This document shows, one piece after another, positions 49,515 to 60,869 of a DNA stretch of 64,000 nucleotides. Source of the DNA: an uncultured Actinomycetota bacterium (lineage in GTDB: Bacteria; Actinomycetota; Actinomycetes; Mycobacteriales; Mycobacteriaceae); NCBI GenBank assembly GCA_963720345.1, contig CAVRFN010000043.1, positions 58,658-122,657 on the forward strand, written 5' to 3'. The notes under the pieces are model-generated. The model was not told the DNA's origin and did not search any database. It saw only the letters and a list, made by a program, of their open reading frames with translations. Position numbers and translations under genes: made by a program. Within the stretch, counting starts at the first letter, position 1; the number at the start of each line of letters is the position of its first letter.

Positions 49515-51062
49515 CTAATCTCCGCGCTGGTAGAGGGTGCGGACGGTGTCGATGGTGTCGGCCTCGGCGGGGCTCTTGTCGTCGCGGTAGCGCAGCACCC
49601 GCGCAAAGCGCAGCGCCATGCCGCCGGGGTAGCGCGATGAGGTCTGAACGCCGTCGAGCGCAATCTCGACCACTTGCTCGGGCCGCACCTTCACGACATA
49701 ACCGTCGGTCGGACCGTCGGCCAGTTCCAGGAAGCGGGTGGTCTGCCATGCCAGCATCGCATCCGTCATACCTTTGAAAGTCTTTCCGAGCATGACGAAT
49801 TCGCCCGTAGCGTCATCCCTGGCGCCGAGGTGGATGTTCGACAGCTTGCCGGTGCGGCGGCCCGATCCCCACTCGACGCCGAGCACTACCAGATCCAACG
49901 TGTGCACCGGTTTGACCTTCAGCCAGCCCGCGCCGCGACGACCGGCCTCATAGGGAGTCGTCAGCGACTTCGCCATGACACCTTCGTGGCCCGCCGCCAG
50001 CGTGATGTCGAGGAAACCCTGGGCTGCTTGCGCATTGTCAGTGATGAGGCGGTCGACGCGATGCTCCTTCGGAACGATCGCGTCGAGAGCCGCAATACGC
50101 TCACTCGTCGGCAGGTCGAGCAGGTCAGCGCCGTCGAGATGCAGAAGGTCGAACACGAACACCGACAGCTGCTGGGCGGTTCTTGCCGCAGCGATGTCGA
50201 CCGAACGCCCGAATCGGGAAGCGGTGACCTGAAATCGATGTGGGCGGCCGTCGGGACGCAGTGCGATCGCCTCGGCGTCGGCGATCAGATCGGTGACGGG
50301 CAGCGCCAGCGTCGCCTCCACCACCTCGGGTAGCCGGGCGGTAACGTCGTCGAGGCTTCGCGTGTAGATCCAGACGGAGTCGCCGGCACGATGAATCTGT
50401 ACTCGCGCACCGTCCAGCTTGGCCTCGAAAACCGCTGTGCCGCCGATACGTTCGAGTGCATCGGCGACGCCGGTGGCGGTTTGGGCGAGCATCGGACCGA
50501 CGGGCTGGCCGACCGTGAGGGTGAACTGTTCCAGCGCAGCCTCGCCCGCTGTCAGCGCGGCGGCAGCGACCGCGGGCAGATGGCCGCCCAGCATGGCCGC
50601 GCGCCGCACCGCGGCTGCGGGAAGATCGGCGGCCTTGGCGACCGCGTCGGCCATCACTCCGAGCAGCGCTCCCTGGCGGAGTTCACCGCCGAGCAGGCGG
50701 CGCAGGAACGTCTGTTCGGCGTCGGTGGCCTGGCCGAACAGCCCGGATATCAGCTCAGCGCGGCGCGCTTGGGAGCCCTTGCCCGCGACGGCGCCGATCT
50801 CGCTGAAGCGGGCGTCGACGTCAAGGACTGTCAGCGAGGCATTCGGCGCCGGGGGTGGCGGCGTCCGCAGCGATGCCCAGCCGACCCCGATCTGGCGTTG
50901 CGGAAGCTCCCCCGACAGCCACGAGACGACGACTGCGATCAGCTCGGCGTCGCCCTGTTTACCGGCGCGGCGCAGCAGGTCGGCGATGATGGCGATCTTC
51001 TTGAGCCGGGCCGAGGATGCGCCGACCTCGGTCGACGCGGTGACGACGTCAAGCAATTGCAC
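49515..51062 (-). CDS. ligB: ATP-dependent DNA ligase
   Basis: [10 protein letters not shown] motif I, FDLLH, HEGVMAK, WLKVK, LRFAR. Confidence 0.95.
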   Translation of the reverse strand: MQLLDVVTASTEVGASSARLKKIAIIADLLRRAGKQGDAELIAVVVSWLSGELPQRQIGVGWASLRTPPPPAPNASLTVLDVDARFSEIGAVAGKGSQARRAELISGLFGQATDAEQTFLRRLLGGELRQGALLGVMADAVAKAADLPAAAVRRAAMLGGHLPAVAAAALTAGEAALEQFTLTVGQPVGPMLAQTATGVADALERIGGTAVFEAKLDGARVQIHRAGDSVWIYTRSLDDVTARLPEVVEATLALPVTDLIADAEAIALRPDGRPHRFQVTASRFGRSVDIAAARTAQQLSVFVFDLLHLDGADLLDLPTSERIAALDAIVPKEHRVDRLITDNAQAAQGFLDITLAAGHEGVMAKSLTTPYEAGRRGAGWLKVKPVHTLDLVVLGVEWGSGRRTGKLSNIHLGARDDATGEFVMLGKTFKGMTDAMLAWQTTRFLELADGPTDGYVVKVRPEQVVEIALDGVQTSSRYPGGMALRFARVLRYRDDKSPAEADTIDTVRTLYQRGD

Positions 51063-51083
51063 GACCTCAGCCTGGCACGGGTG

Positions 51084-51500
51084 TCAGACATCTCCGAGCA
51101 GGTCGGTGAGCACTGTGGCTTCTGCGCGCAGCATGGCAGCGCGTTCTTGGTGGCCGCCGTTGGTGAACTGCTGTGCCGCGGTCAGCCGCTCGTCGACCTC
51201 CGACCGCAGCAGCTTGCGGATCTGGGCGTCGGACAACTCCCGCCGCGCGACCTCGGCTGCGGCGAGTCCCGCCACGCCGCCGGCAATGGCCGAGCTCGCC
51301 GGTGCGTCGACCTCGGCGCCGTCGGGGGTCTCGGCATTGTCGATCGCACTCAGCGCGGAGCGCAGCGCGGAGACCCGCGTGGCGTCGCGTTCCTTGCGGG
51401 CGGCGAGCAGCGCCTCGCGCAGCGTCGTGCTCCAAAGTTGTGCAGCAGTCACGGCACGCCAAACTAGGCGCGCGTGGGCCCACACGTCAGCAGGGGACAC
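51084..51500 (-). CDS. GatB/YqeY-like protein
   Basis: LREALLAARKERD..SALRSALSAIDNAE, EVARRELS. Confidence 0.7.
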   Translation of the reverse strand: MSPADVWAHARLVWRAVTAAQLWSTTLREALLAARKERDATRVSALRSALSAIDNAETPDGAEVDAPASSAIAGGVAGLAAAEVARRELSDAQIRKLLRSEVDERLTAAQQFTNGGHQERAAMLRAEATVLTDLLGDV

Positions 51501-51515
51501 GCAATTGCATGTGAA

Positions 51516-53059
51516 TTACTTGACGGCGAAGGAGACGGTGTGCCAGCCGGTGGCGCCGTCGGGAACCGGGTCGGCAAGGTCGGCGGTCTGGACGGCACCG
51601 GTGTTGTCGGTCGCCCGTACCGAAATCGTGTGCGGACCCCGGCTGGGTGGCCTGCCACGGGAAACTCCACAGACGCCAGGTGTCGTTGGCGTAGTTCGCG
51701 CCGAGGTCGGCCTGCTGCCAGTCGCCCTGTTGTCGGACTGTCGATGCGGACCTCGACGGCGCGCACACCGCGGTTCTGGGCCCACGCGACCCCGCCGAAC
51801 GTCACCGGTCCCTGTGCCACCTCCGCGCCACTGCGTGGCACGTCGATGCGCGATTGCGTCTTGATCGGCCCGCGCGCCGACCAGCCCAGCGGCGTCCAGT
51901 ACCCCTCGGCGCGATCGAACCGGGTGAGCTCGAGGTCGACGACCCACTTGGTGGCCGACACGTAGCCGTAGAGGCCAGGGACGACCAGGCGTGCGGGGTA
52001 GCCGTGTTCGGTGGGCAGCGGCTGACCGTTCATGCCGACCGCGAGCAGCGAGTCGCGGTCGTCGGTGAGGGCCTCGACGGGGCTGCCCGCGGTGAACCCG
52101 TCGATCGACATCGACAGCACCATGTCCGCATCCTTGTGAATGCCCGCCTCGGCCAACAGGTCCCGCACGCGATAGCCGGTCCACGCCGCGTTTCCGATCA
52201 GGTCTCCGCCGACGGGATTGGACACACACGTCAGCGTCACCAGCTTCTCGACGACCTCGAAGGAGTCCAGATCGTCGAAGCGATAGGTGATCTCGCGATC
52301 GACCATGCCGTGGATCTTCAGTTCCCAGTCGGCCCGGCTCAGCTGCGGCACCGACAGGGCGGTGTCGATCCGGTAGAAGTCGTCGTTGCCGGTGACGAAG
52401 GACGGCAGCGCAACGCCCTGCGGTTGCACAGTCGGCGGGACGGCCGGTGCGGCCACGTCGATCTGCGGGAGCGCGAAGGCCTTGCGATCGCCCGAGACGG
52501 AGGTCGTCAGCCGCGACAGCACAGCACCACCGACCCCCGTCAGCGCTCCCGCCCCGAGGAATCCGAGCGTGACGAGCGACAGTCGTCTGCCGCGATCGGG
52601 GGCGTCGGCCGCGGGGTCGACTTCGGGCTCGTCGGTGAACCGGCCGGAGGTGAGCAGCCGCAGCACGGCGACGCCGCAGACGGTGCCGACGACCGTCGGC
52701 ACGATGTCGGCGACGGTTGCCCCCGCGCGGGACAGCACGGCTGCGCAGCCCGCGATCCCGGCGAGCACGATCGCGGCGCTGCCCACGGGAACGCGGCGCG
52801 TTTCGTACTGTGCGGTCACCGCTGCCAGCGCCGCGATCACCGCCACGACCAGCACCGACAAAAACAGCTTGTCGGCCGTGCCGAAGGTCTGGATGGCCCA
52901 TTCCTTGACCGGGCCGGGCGTGAGGTCGATGACGGCCGATCCGACGGCATTGCGGGCGTCGGCCTCGGGCCCGAAGAAAACGGCGAGCAATTGGGTCACG
53001 CCGAGCGCGACCGCCGCCGCAGCGACGCCTGCCATCGCTTTGGCGCCACGCGCGGTCAT
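51516..53059 (-). CDS. Membrane-anchored molybdopterin oxidoreductase, sulfite-oxidase family; 3' frameshifts
   Basis: FYRIDTAL, TLTCVSN Mo-Cys, HGYPARLVVPGLYGYVSATKW, PDGATGWH. Confidence 0.88.
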
Positions 53060-53159
53060 GAGGCCAAGCTACCCACGCACCGACCCGAAAGGCTTACCGA
53101 AAAGTGACATCAGCTAGGTTGCTTTACGAGTCCGAGCACGTTTTGGAAAGGGAGCTCAG

Positions 53160-53927
53160 ATGGAGATCGACGGCAAGAAGGCCATCATCGTCGGCGGGGC
53201 GTCGGGCTTCGGCAAGGCCACGGCCGAGTTGCTGGCCAAGCGCGGCGCGAGCGTGGCAGTGCTGGACCGCCCGCAATCGAAGGGCAAGGAAGTCGCCGAC
53301 GCGATCGGCGGCTCCTTCTTCGAGGTCGACGTCACCGATTTCGAGGGCACCGAAAAGGTGCTTCAGCAGGCGATCGACGCGCTCGGCGGACTGCACATCA
53401 TCGTCACGACCGCAGGCGGCGGCGCCGCCGAGCGGACCGTCAAGAAGGACGGGCCGCACAGCCTGGAGTCCTTCCGCAAGAGCGTCGACCTCAACCTGAT
53501 CGGCACGTTCAACATCAGCAGGCTCGCGGGCTGGCAGATGAGCAAGCAGGATCTCGTCGACGACGAGCAGGAGGAGCGCGGCGTCATCATCAACACCGCC
53601 TCGATCGCCGCCTTCGAAGGCCAGATCGGGCAGGTCGCCTACACGGCGTCCAAGGCCGCGATCGCCGGAATGTGCCTCACCATGGCCCGCGATATGGGCA
53701 GCCTGGGCATCCGCGCGCTGGCGATCGCGCCGAGCCTGTTCGCCACCGGTCTGACCGAGGGCATCCCCGACGAGTTCGCCAAGGCGCTGACGAAGGACGC
53801 GGCGTTCCCGAAGCGTCTGGGCAGGCCGGAGGAGTACGCGAAGCTGGTCGCCGCGATCGTCGAGAACCCGATGCTGAACGGCCAGTGCCTGCGCCTGGAC
53901 GCGGGCCAGCGCTTCGCCCCCAAGTAA
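53160..53927 (+). CDS. SDR, type II 3-hydroxyacyl-CoA dehydrogenase (HSD17B10-like)
   Basis: GGASGFG, ERGVIINTASIAAFEGQIGQVAYTASK, FPKRLGRPEEY, NPMLNG. Confidence 0.9.
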   Translation: MEIDGKKAIIVGGASGFGKATAELLAKRGASVAVLDRPQSKGKEVADAIGGSFFEVDVTDFEGTEKVLQQAIDALGGLHIIVTTAGGGAAERTVKKDGPHSLESFRKSVDLNLIGTFNISRLAGWQMSKQDLVDDEQEERGVIINTASIAAFEGQIGQVAYTASKAAIAGMCLTMARDMGSLGIRALAIAPSLFATGLTEGIPDEFAKALTKDAAFPKRLGRPEEYAKLVAAIVENPMLNGQCLRLDAGQRFAPK

Positions 53928-53929
53928 TC

Positions 53930-53982
53930 GCGATTTCGGCGTGATCGGTCACGCTGTGAGGGACCGATCACGCCGAAATCGC
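53930..53982. repeat. REP-like hairpin / terminator
   Basis: 21-bp perfect arms GCGATTTCGGCGTGATCGGTC / GACCGATCACGCCGAAATCGC right after the SDR stop. Confidence 0.8.
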
Positions 53983-54055
53983 AGCCTCGACGGCTTGCCG
54001 CGGCACGCGGCGCGTTTGCTGCCCAAATTCTGATCTTCGCCGCTAATGTTTGCCC

Positions 54056-55422
54056 ATGCGCATAAGGGTGGCCGCGGTCGCGGCTGTTGTCTTGCTCGTG
54101 GCGGGCTGCGGCGGTGGCCTCAAGTCGGAGCCGCCGATGCAAGGCCAGAAGACGAAGGACGGGCCGCCGGACATCAGCAACGTGCAAGATCGACGGTGAC
54201 GCGTCGGCGCCGGTGAACAAGATCGCGATGCAGGCCATCGCCGATCTGGAGAAGTACTGGGGCGAGCAGTTCCCGAAGCTGTACGACAAGGAGTTCGAGC
54301 AGATCGCGGGCGGCTACTACGCCGTCACCGCGGACAGCCCTGCTCCGCCATGCACCACCTCGACCCGGAGAGGTCGCGGGCAACGCGTTCTACTGCTCGA
54401 CCGAAGACGTCGTGGCGTGGGACGCCCAGCGGACTACTGCCCGAATTGCAGGACAAGTTCGGCGATTTCGTCATCTCGGTGGTGATGGCGCACGAATGGG
54501 GCCATGCGGTTCAGGCGCGCTCGAACTTCACCGCGCGCACCGTCACGAGGAACTGCAGGCCGACTGCTTCGCGGGCGCATGGTCGCGACATGCGAAGGAC
54601 GACAGGGTGTTCGACGTCAACGCCGCCGAGTCTGGACACCGCCCTGGCCGGTGTTCTCGACCTGCGTGACACGCCCGGCACATCCAAGATCGACCCGAAC
54701 GCCCACGGCAGTGGGTTCGACCGGGTCAGCGCGTTCCAGGACGGCTACGACAACGGGCTGGACAGGTGCAAGGACTACCGCGACGACGAGCCGATGGTGC
54801 TCGCACTGCCGTTCAACGATGCAGGAGGACGCGTCGCGCGGTGGCGACGCTCCCTACGACTCGATCATCAACGGGGTGCCGTACGACATCGAGGACTACT
54901 TCACCCAGCTGTACCCGGAGATCTCCAACGGCCAGCAGTGGACGCCGCTGCGGTCGATCGAGCCGTTCGACCCGGCCAATCCGCCGATGTGCGGGGATCA
55001 GTCGGCAGAAGGATACTGCGCTGTTCTATTGCGTACCAGAGGATTACGTCGGCTGGGACAACGTCGACGCGATGCCCGAGGTCTACAACCAGGGCGGCGA
55101 CTACGCGGTCGTCACGCTGCTGGCCACCCAGTGGGGACTGGCGGCGTTGACCAGGCTGGGCGACGAGTCCGACGAGAAGACCTCGACGCTGCGCGGCGAC
55201 TGCCTGGCCGGCGGCTACACGGCGAGCGTGATCCTCTACAACCGTCCCGAGACCAGCACCTACCACATCTCGCCGGGCGACCTCGACGAAGGCATCAAGG
55301 CGCTGCTGGTGTTCCGCGGTGACGGCGACGTCGAACGCCAGGGCGCAGGCTGGGCGAGGGTGGAGGCGTTCCGCCAGGGTGTGATCAACGGCGCCGAATC
55401 CTGTCTGAACTATCAGGGGTAG
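54056..55422 (+). CDS. Lipoprotein neutral zinc metallopeptidase (LpqM-like), many frameshifts
   Basis: LVAGC lipobox; AHEWGH, ELQADCFAG, HGSGFDRVSAFQ; second domain with DCLAG, ISPGDLDEG. Confidence 0.78.
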
Positions 55423-55438
55423 CGCCTGACCTGACACC

Positions 55439-56515
55439 ATGTACTGCATGCCCGATGACGTGCTGCAGCTGCCGACACTGAGCGACGACGACCAGGCTGC
55501 GGTGCAGCGCTGGGCGCAACAGCAAGGGCTGGGATCGGCCGTCACCGACGTGGAACCACTCACCGGCGGGACGCAGAACATCGTGGTGCGGGTGCACATC
55601 GACGGGCGCCCGATGGTGTTGCGCCGCCCGCCCCTTCATCCGCGGCCGACGAGTGACAAGACGATGCTTCGTGAGATGGCGGCGCTGCGCACGCTCGCGG
55701 GTACCGACGTCCCGCATCCCGGCTTCATCGCCGGCTGCGAAGACCTCGACGTGCTCGGGGTCGTCTTCTACCTGATGGAAGAGATCGACGGCTTCAACCC
55801 CGGCAGCGAGGTGTCCGAGGCATACATCCGCGACGAGACGTTGCGACACGACGTCGGCCCGTCCTACGCCGCCAGCCTCGCGCGGCTGGGGAACGCCGCA
55901 TGGGAAGGCAAGCCGCTCGCCGAGCTGAAACGGCCGGGATCTTTTGTGGAGCGCCAGGTTCCGCAGTTTCTCCGGCTGCTGGAAAGCTACCGGCACGAGC
56001 GCTACGATCCCGAATCGCTTGCGGTCACCGACCTTGCCGAATGGCTGCAGGCCAACCTCCCTCCGGACAGCGAGCCGGGAATCATGCACGGCGACCCGCA
56101 CCTGAGCAATGTCCTGCTCCGCCGGGACCGGCCGGAGCTGGCGGCGTTCGTCGACTGGGAGATGTGCACTGTCGGCGACCCTCTGCTCGACCTCGGCTGG
56201 ATGCTGATCACGTGGCCGCTGAACACCAGCGTCATCACCGCAGGGGGCGCACTGGCCGCGCACGGTGGTCTCGCCAGCAGGCGGGAACTCCTCGAGGCCT
56301 ACTGGAACGCCGGCGGGCGCGAGACGCCAAAACTCGACTGGTACATGGCGATGGCGTGCTTCAAACTCGGCGTCGTCATCGAGGGCACCTGGTCGCGCTA
56401 CCTGATGGGTAAGGCGAGTCGGGACGCGGGAGAGGCGTTGCACGCCAACGCCCAGAATCTGATCGATGTCGGCACCCGGGTGGTCAAGGGCGACAACCCG
56501 TTTGAGCTCGGCTAG
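55439..56515 (+). CDS. Phosphotransferase family protein (ACAD10/11 N-terminal-like)
   Basis: LTGGTQN, VLRRPP, FYLMEEIDG, MHGDPHLSNVL, VDWEMCTVGDPLLDLGW. Confidence 0.88.
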   Translation: MYCMPDDVLQLPTLSDDDQAAVQRWAQQQGLGSAVTDVEPLTGGTQNIVVRVHIDGRPMVLRRPPLHPRPTSDKTMLREMAALRTLAGTDVPHPGFIAGCEDLDVLGVVFYLMEEIDGFNPGSEVSEAYIRDETLRHDVGPSYAASLARLGNAAWEGKPLAELKRPGSFVERQVPQFLRLLESYRHERYDPESLAVTDLAEWLQANLPPDSEPGIMHGDPHLSNVLLRRDRPELAAFVDWEMCTVGDPLLDLGWMLITWPLNTSVITAGGALAAHGGLASRRELLEAYWNAGGRETPKLDWYMAMACFKLGVVIEGTWSRYLMGKASRDAGEALHANAQNLIDVGTRVVKGDNPFELG

Positions 56516-56636
56516 GAGCCTGAGCCACCTCCCTTTGGCCGTTCAGTTTGGGACATGATGCGACCGACGCCAGCACGGCTGCGGCAAAGAGGAAATCATC
56601 CATGACCAGCCGCGAACCGAAACGACCAGCACTGTG

Positions 56637-57875
56637 TTAATTCACTGCGCCGCGGGCCACCGGGGGTTTGGGCGTAGCGCGATGGCGCGACAAGAGGCGC
56701 GCCGCCTGCCCCGGCGCACCGAGCCGGAGCATCGCGGCCAGCGCTGTTTCCAGGACCACCTCTTGTTGCACGCGGCTCCCGCCGAGCGACGGTAGACCCG
56801 GAAGCGCTTCGAGCAGATAGTCGAGCGCGGCACGCGGCTCGTCCTCAATCAGGGCGATGAGACCTCTGCCGATGAGGCGCAACGTCGTCGCCTGCATATC
56901 GGTCGCACCCGGTACCTCCATCGCGCGGATCGCGGCCGGATCGTTCGCGGCAGCCAGCAGGAGCAATGCGTGAAACGCGATGAACGGCGTCTTGCGGCGA
57001 GTACGCGAGAGCGCCGACCTCCGCCAATACCGGCATCGGGTCGGGCGGAGTCACCCAGTCCGGATGCAGCCGCGCCCGCCATGCCAGCGAACGCGGCGTC
57101 GACGAGACATCGCACCCCTTTCGAGTGGGGCGGCGCAAGAGACGCGGCATAGCGCCGCGCCGCGGCGGTCGCATCACCCATCGCGAGTTCATGCAGCGCG
57201 GCGTGCCATTGGAAGTGCGGAACGTAACGCTGGGTAGCGCCGTCGGTGACGATCCAGTCGGTCAGCCACTTCAGCCCGGCGCCGTGCGCATCGGTTTCGT
57301 AGTGCACGTGCGAAAGTGCGTGCGCCGCATTGCCGTTGCCCGGATCATGTTCGAGGGCTGCGTCGGCCAGGTCGGCTGCGTCGTACCAGAGGCCCTGTTC
57401 GGTTCGGCCGTAGGCGCGCAGGCCGAGATACCACGGCGCTTCGCCGTGCACGTTGGTGAACTGCTCGACGTATTGCCAGGCGTCCGGCAATGCATCGCCT
57501 GCACCGGCGAATGCGATGGACGGCGCGAGCACCAGTAATGCGAGTGCATCATTCGGCACGTGATCGAGGTGCGCCATGAGCGCCTTCGAGCCCGCGTCGT
57601 TGCCCTTCTCGCACCACGTCGCGATGGCCTCGACGTGGCTGCGGTCCTCGTCGGTGCCGCGCGCGAGCGCCGTCCGCGCTCGGGCGAGATGGCCGGTCGA
57701 CCGCATCGGGGCCGCCCGCGCGGTCGGGCCGTTCTGTGGCGATCATCGCGAGCGCGACGTGTGCGCGCGCATGATCCGGGTCTTCGGCGACGGCGGCGGC
57801 GAAGGCGACGGATGCGCCGTCCTGCACGGCGAGTAGACGACGCACACCTTCGGCATACGACGCGGCAGCGCCGGT
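56637..57875 (-). CDS. TPR/TTC38-like domain, frameshifted; probably the C-terminal part of the upstream FAD protein
   Basis: NAAHALSHVHYE, HFQWHAALHEL, LGGSRVQQEVV TTC38-type motifs; no start codon of its own found. Confidence 0.65.
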
Positions 57876-59282
57876 CAGCTTCCGTTCGGCGCAATCGATT
57901 TAGTTCTGGGTGCCCGCGTCGGACGGACGCGCGCGTCGCCGGCGATCAGCTCCGCGATGGCGACAGCCTGAGAACGGATTTCGGGAATCGCGGTCGTCTC
58001 CCACAGTTCGCCCTGGCGGATCGAGCCGAGACAAACGATGCCCGGAACCGTGCTCGCCGGACCCGTCGATAAGGTAGCCGTCGGCATCGAGTCGGACGCC
58101 GACGCCAGACGGATGCAGCGACGCGACATTGGTGGCCAGCAGGTTCGACCAGAGCGGGACTGCGATTCAGGGCCCGCCGATCCCACGCAGTTTCCGGCGG
58201 CAACGACTACCGCGTCACGTCGACGGCGAACTGACGCGTCGCTGGTAGTGATGACGAGTTCAACGCCGTTGCCGCGCAGTGACACATCGGCTACCTCGCC
58301 GGCCTCGATGATCAGATCGCCGTCATCGATTGCGCCACGAATCGCATCGGCAACGTTGGCGGCATGCGATGGCGCAGGACCTCCCACTGCCGCAAGTCCT
58401 CCCGCAGGAACCGGCGCTGGTCCTCCCACCCCAAGGACCGCCACAGGCGTGGCGTGTGCGGTCGAACCGCGTCGATCACCTGACGCCAATCCGTCGCGGC
58501 GGCGCGTGCGTGAGCGAGATCCGCGGTAAGCGCGGTGCGCAGCTCGTCCAGCGAGACCTCGGAAGCGAGTGCATCGACGTGCGGCAAGTCCGTCGGTGCG
58601 CCGGTTGCGCGGAATCGCCGCGGGAGTTCGCCGTGACGCGACAGCAGCGTGACCGTGGCGCCCCGCGCAATGAGGTGCAGGCCGACGTCGACGCCGGTGA
58701 GTCCGGATCCGATCACCAAGACGTCGGACGGGCGGCGCGCGGCTAGCGCCGCAAGCGCACCGGGAGCCCACGGATCCAGCACGACCTTGCCGCCGGTCGC
58801 GGTGGCCAGCACCGGTCCGAATGCCCGTTCCAACGAATCCGGCATGCCATCCTCGGGGCGGCCGACCGCGAGCACGACGGTGTCGGCCGACAACGTACGT
58901 CCATCTTTGAGTTCCAGTCGCGCTGGCGCCCCGGGCTTCAGCCCGACAACCTCGGCGACTTCGAGCCGGACGTCGGCGGCCGCGAGTTGTTCTTGCAGAT
59001 ATCGGGCATACGCGAGACGCGGGGCGAAGCTCTCCTCGCACGGGACGGCTCTTTCGTCGAGCCAGCGGCAGAAGTGGTCGGGATCGTCGGGCCACGCAGA
59101 CATCGCCGGGCCACCGGAACGTTGAGCAAGTGGCGCGGGTCGCTCGTGCCATACGCCGCGCCGGTGCCGGGCCGACCTGACGCGTCGATCAGCGTGATCT
59201 GGGCATCTGGATTGCGCCTGCGCAGATGCGCCGCCGCGAGCACGCCCGCCGCACCTCCGCCGACGATCGCGACACGGATCAT
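57875..59282 (-). CDS. FAD/NAD(P)-binding oxidoreductase (YdhS-like), frameshifted
   Basis: VAIVGGGAAG, GAAY..HLLNV, MSAWPDDPDHF, IGSGLTGVD, WEVLRHRM, GELWETTAIPEIRSQA. Confidence 0.82.
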
Positions 59283-59566
59283 TTGGCGAGGCTATCTGAG
59301 AAGTTCGTCGCCCACGTAGCGTCGAACGATAACTTCGGCAGACGTTTTGCGGATGACCGCCGCTCGATGTGCGAATCCAAATCACTTGCGAATTGGGTTG
59401 CTCGGCCAGCATGGCGCGAATCGTTTCTCGCGGGATTACGCGCCCATTTCTGGCCCGCCACGGCTAGGCAACTGGGTGTGTGCCGACGGCCACCGATCGG
59501 CCACGCAACTGGGGCGCAAGTCCGCAACCCTCAGGCCACACTCGCCCCTGTTGAACAGCTAAATCC

Positions 59567-60331
59567 TCAGCGATAGGCGTCGACGCCGAGCTTGACCGCC
59601 AACGCCAAGCCGGCTGCGCCGATCGCCAGTCTCATGGGCTTGGCGGGTGCGTGACGCACGATGATGGGGCCCAGCCGGGATCCCACGAGGCAGCCGAGCC
59701 CGAGCGGAATGACCGCCGACCACTGCACCGGTGCGACAAAGACGAAGACGACGGCCGCGACGACATTGGCGATACCGAGGATCACGTTCTTGCCCGCATT
59801 GGCATGCGCCAGCGTCGCCCCGCCCGCGCGCAGCAGTATCGCGAGGAGCAGGACACCCGCGGCCGCACCGAAATAGCCACCGTAGATACAGATTACGAAG
59901 ATCGCAGCCGATTCGAGTGCCATCGTCACCGTATGTCTTCGATGGCTCGCAACCGTCGCATCTTTGCGCTGGCGGGCCGGGATGAGGATGGCTACCGAGG
60001 CGAACGCGAGAAGAAGGGGAACCACCTTCTCGAAACCCTCAGCGGGCAAGGACAACAGCAGGACGGCGCCTACCAACCCACCCAGCACCGCGACCGGGGC
60101 GATGCGTTTGAGCCAGGGTCCCTGGCCCTCGAGCTCGGGGCGTGAGCCCAGTACCGACCCGATCCCGTTGAACACCACGGCCACCGTGTTGGTCACATTG
60201 GCGGTCACCGGCGGCAGGCCGACCAACAGCAGTGCGGGATACGTCGCCACCGAGGCCAACCCCGCGATGCTGCCGGTGAGGCCGCCGAGCACACCCGCCG
60301 CGGCGAGAAAGGCCGCATCCCACCACGTCAT
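59567..60331 (-). CDS. TauE/SafE (sulfite exporter family) membrane protein
   Basis: GSIAGLASVATYPALL, ANVTN, IYGGYFGAAAG, ANAGKN. Confidence 0.85.
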   Translation of the reverse strand: MTWWDAAFLAAAGVLGGLTGSIAGLASVATYPALLLVGLPPVTANVTNTVAVVFNGIGSVLGSRPELEGQGPWLKRIAPVAVLGGLVGAVLLLSLPAEGFEKVVPLLLAFASVAILIPARQRKDATVASHRRHTVTMALESAAIFVICIYGGYFGAAAGVLLLAILLRAGGATLAHANAGKNVILGIANVVAAVVFVFVAPVQWSAVIPLGLGCLVGSRLGPIIVRHAPAKPMRLAIGAAGLALAVKLGVDAYR

Positions 60332-60383
60332 TTGCGCGCACACGTTACTTCGCGGTGGGCGTCGGGGCATCTGCTGGGGGAGA

Positions 60384-60406
60384 GATACCTCTGAAACAGA
60401 GGTATC
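60384..60406. promoter_or_regulatory. Perfect operator GATACCTCTG-AAA-CAGAGGTATC abutting the marR ATG
   Basis: 10-3-10 palindrome ending at the base before ATG 60407. Confidence 0.8.
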
Positions 60407-60869
60407 ATGCCCAGGGTGGACACCAGGGCCGATCTCGCGAGTGAGTTGTTCGATGTCATCGGACGATTCCGCCGCCAGTTGCGCCGTTCGGCCGGGCGGG
60501 GTTTCGACGCCAACGGTCTGACGCAGTCCCAGGCCGAACTGTTGCGACTGGTCGGTCGCAGGCCGGCCATCTCGGTCAGGGAGGCAGCGCGAGGAATTGG
60601 GCCTGGTTCCCAACACCGCGTCCACGTTGGTCAGCAAGCTTTCGGCGGACGGGTTGCTGATCCGGGACGCGGACGCCGACGACCGCAGGATTGGACGCTT
60701 GCGGCTCACCGAACCCGCTCAACGCATCGCGAACCAGACGCGCGCGGCTCGCAGGGCGACGTTGGCCGGGGTGCTCGGCGACCTGGACGCCGAGCAGATC
60801 GAACGATTGGAAAGCGGACTGGGGGTACTCAGCGAAATGACACGAATGCTGCAGAAGGACCAAGCGTGA
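60407..60869 (+). CDS. MarR family regulator, frameshift near 60590
   Basis: LTQSQAELLRLV...LGLVPNTASTLVSKL...DADDRR wHTH. Confidence 0.82.
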
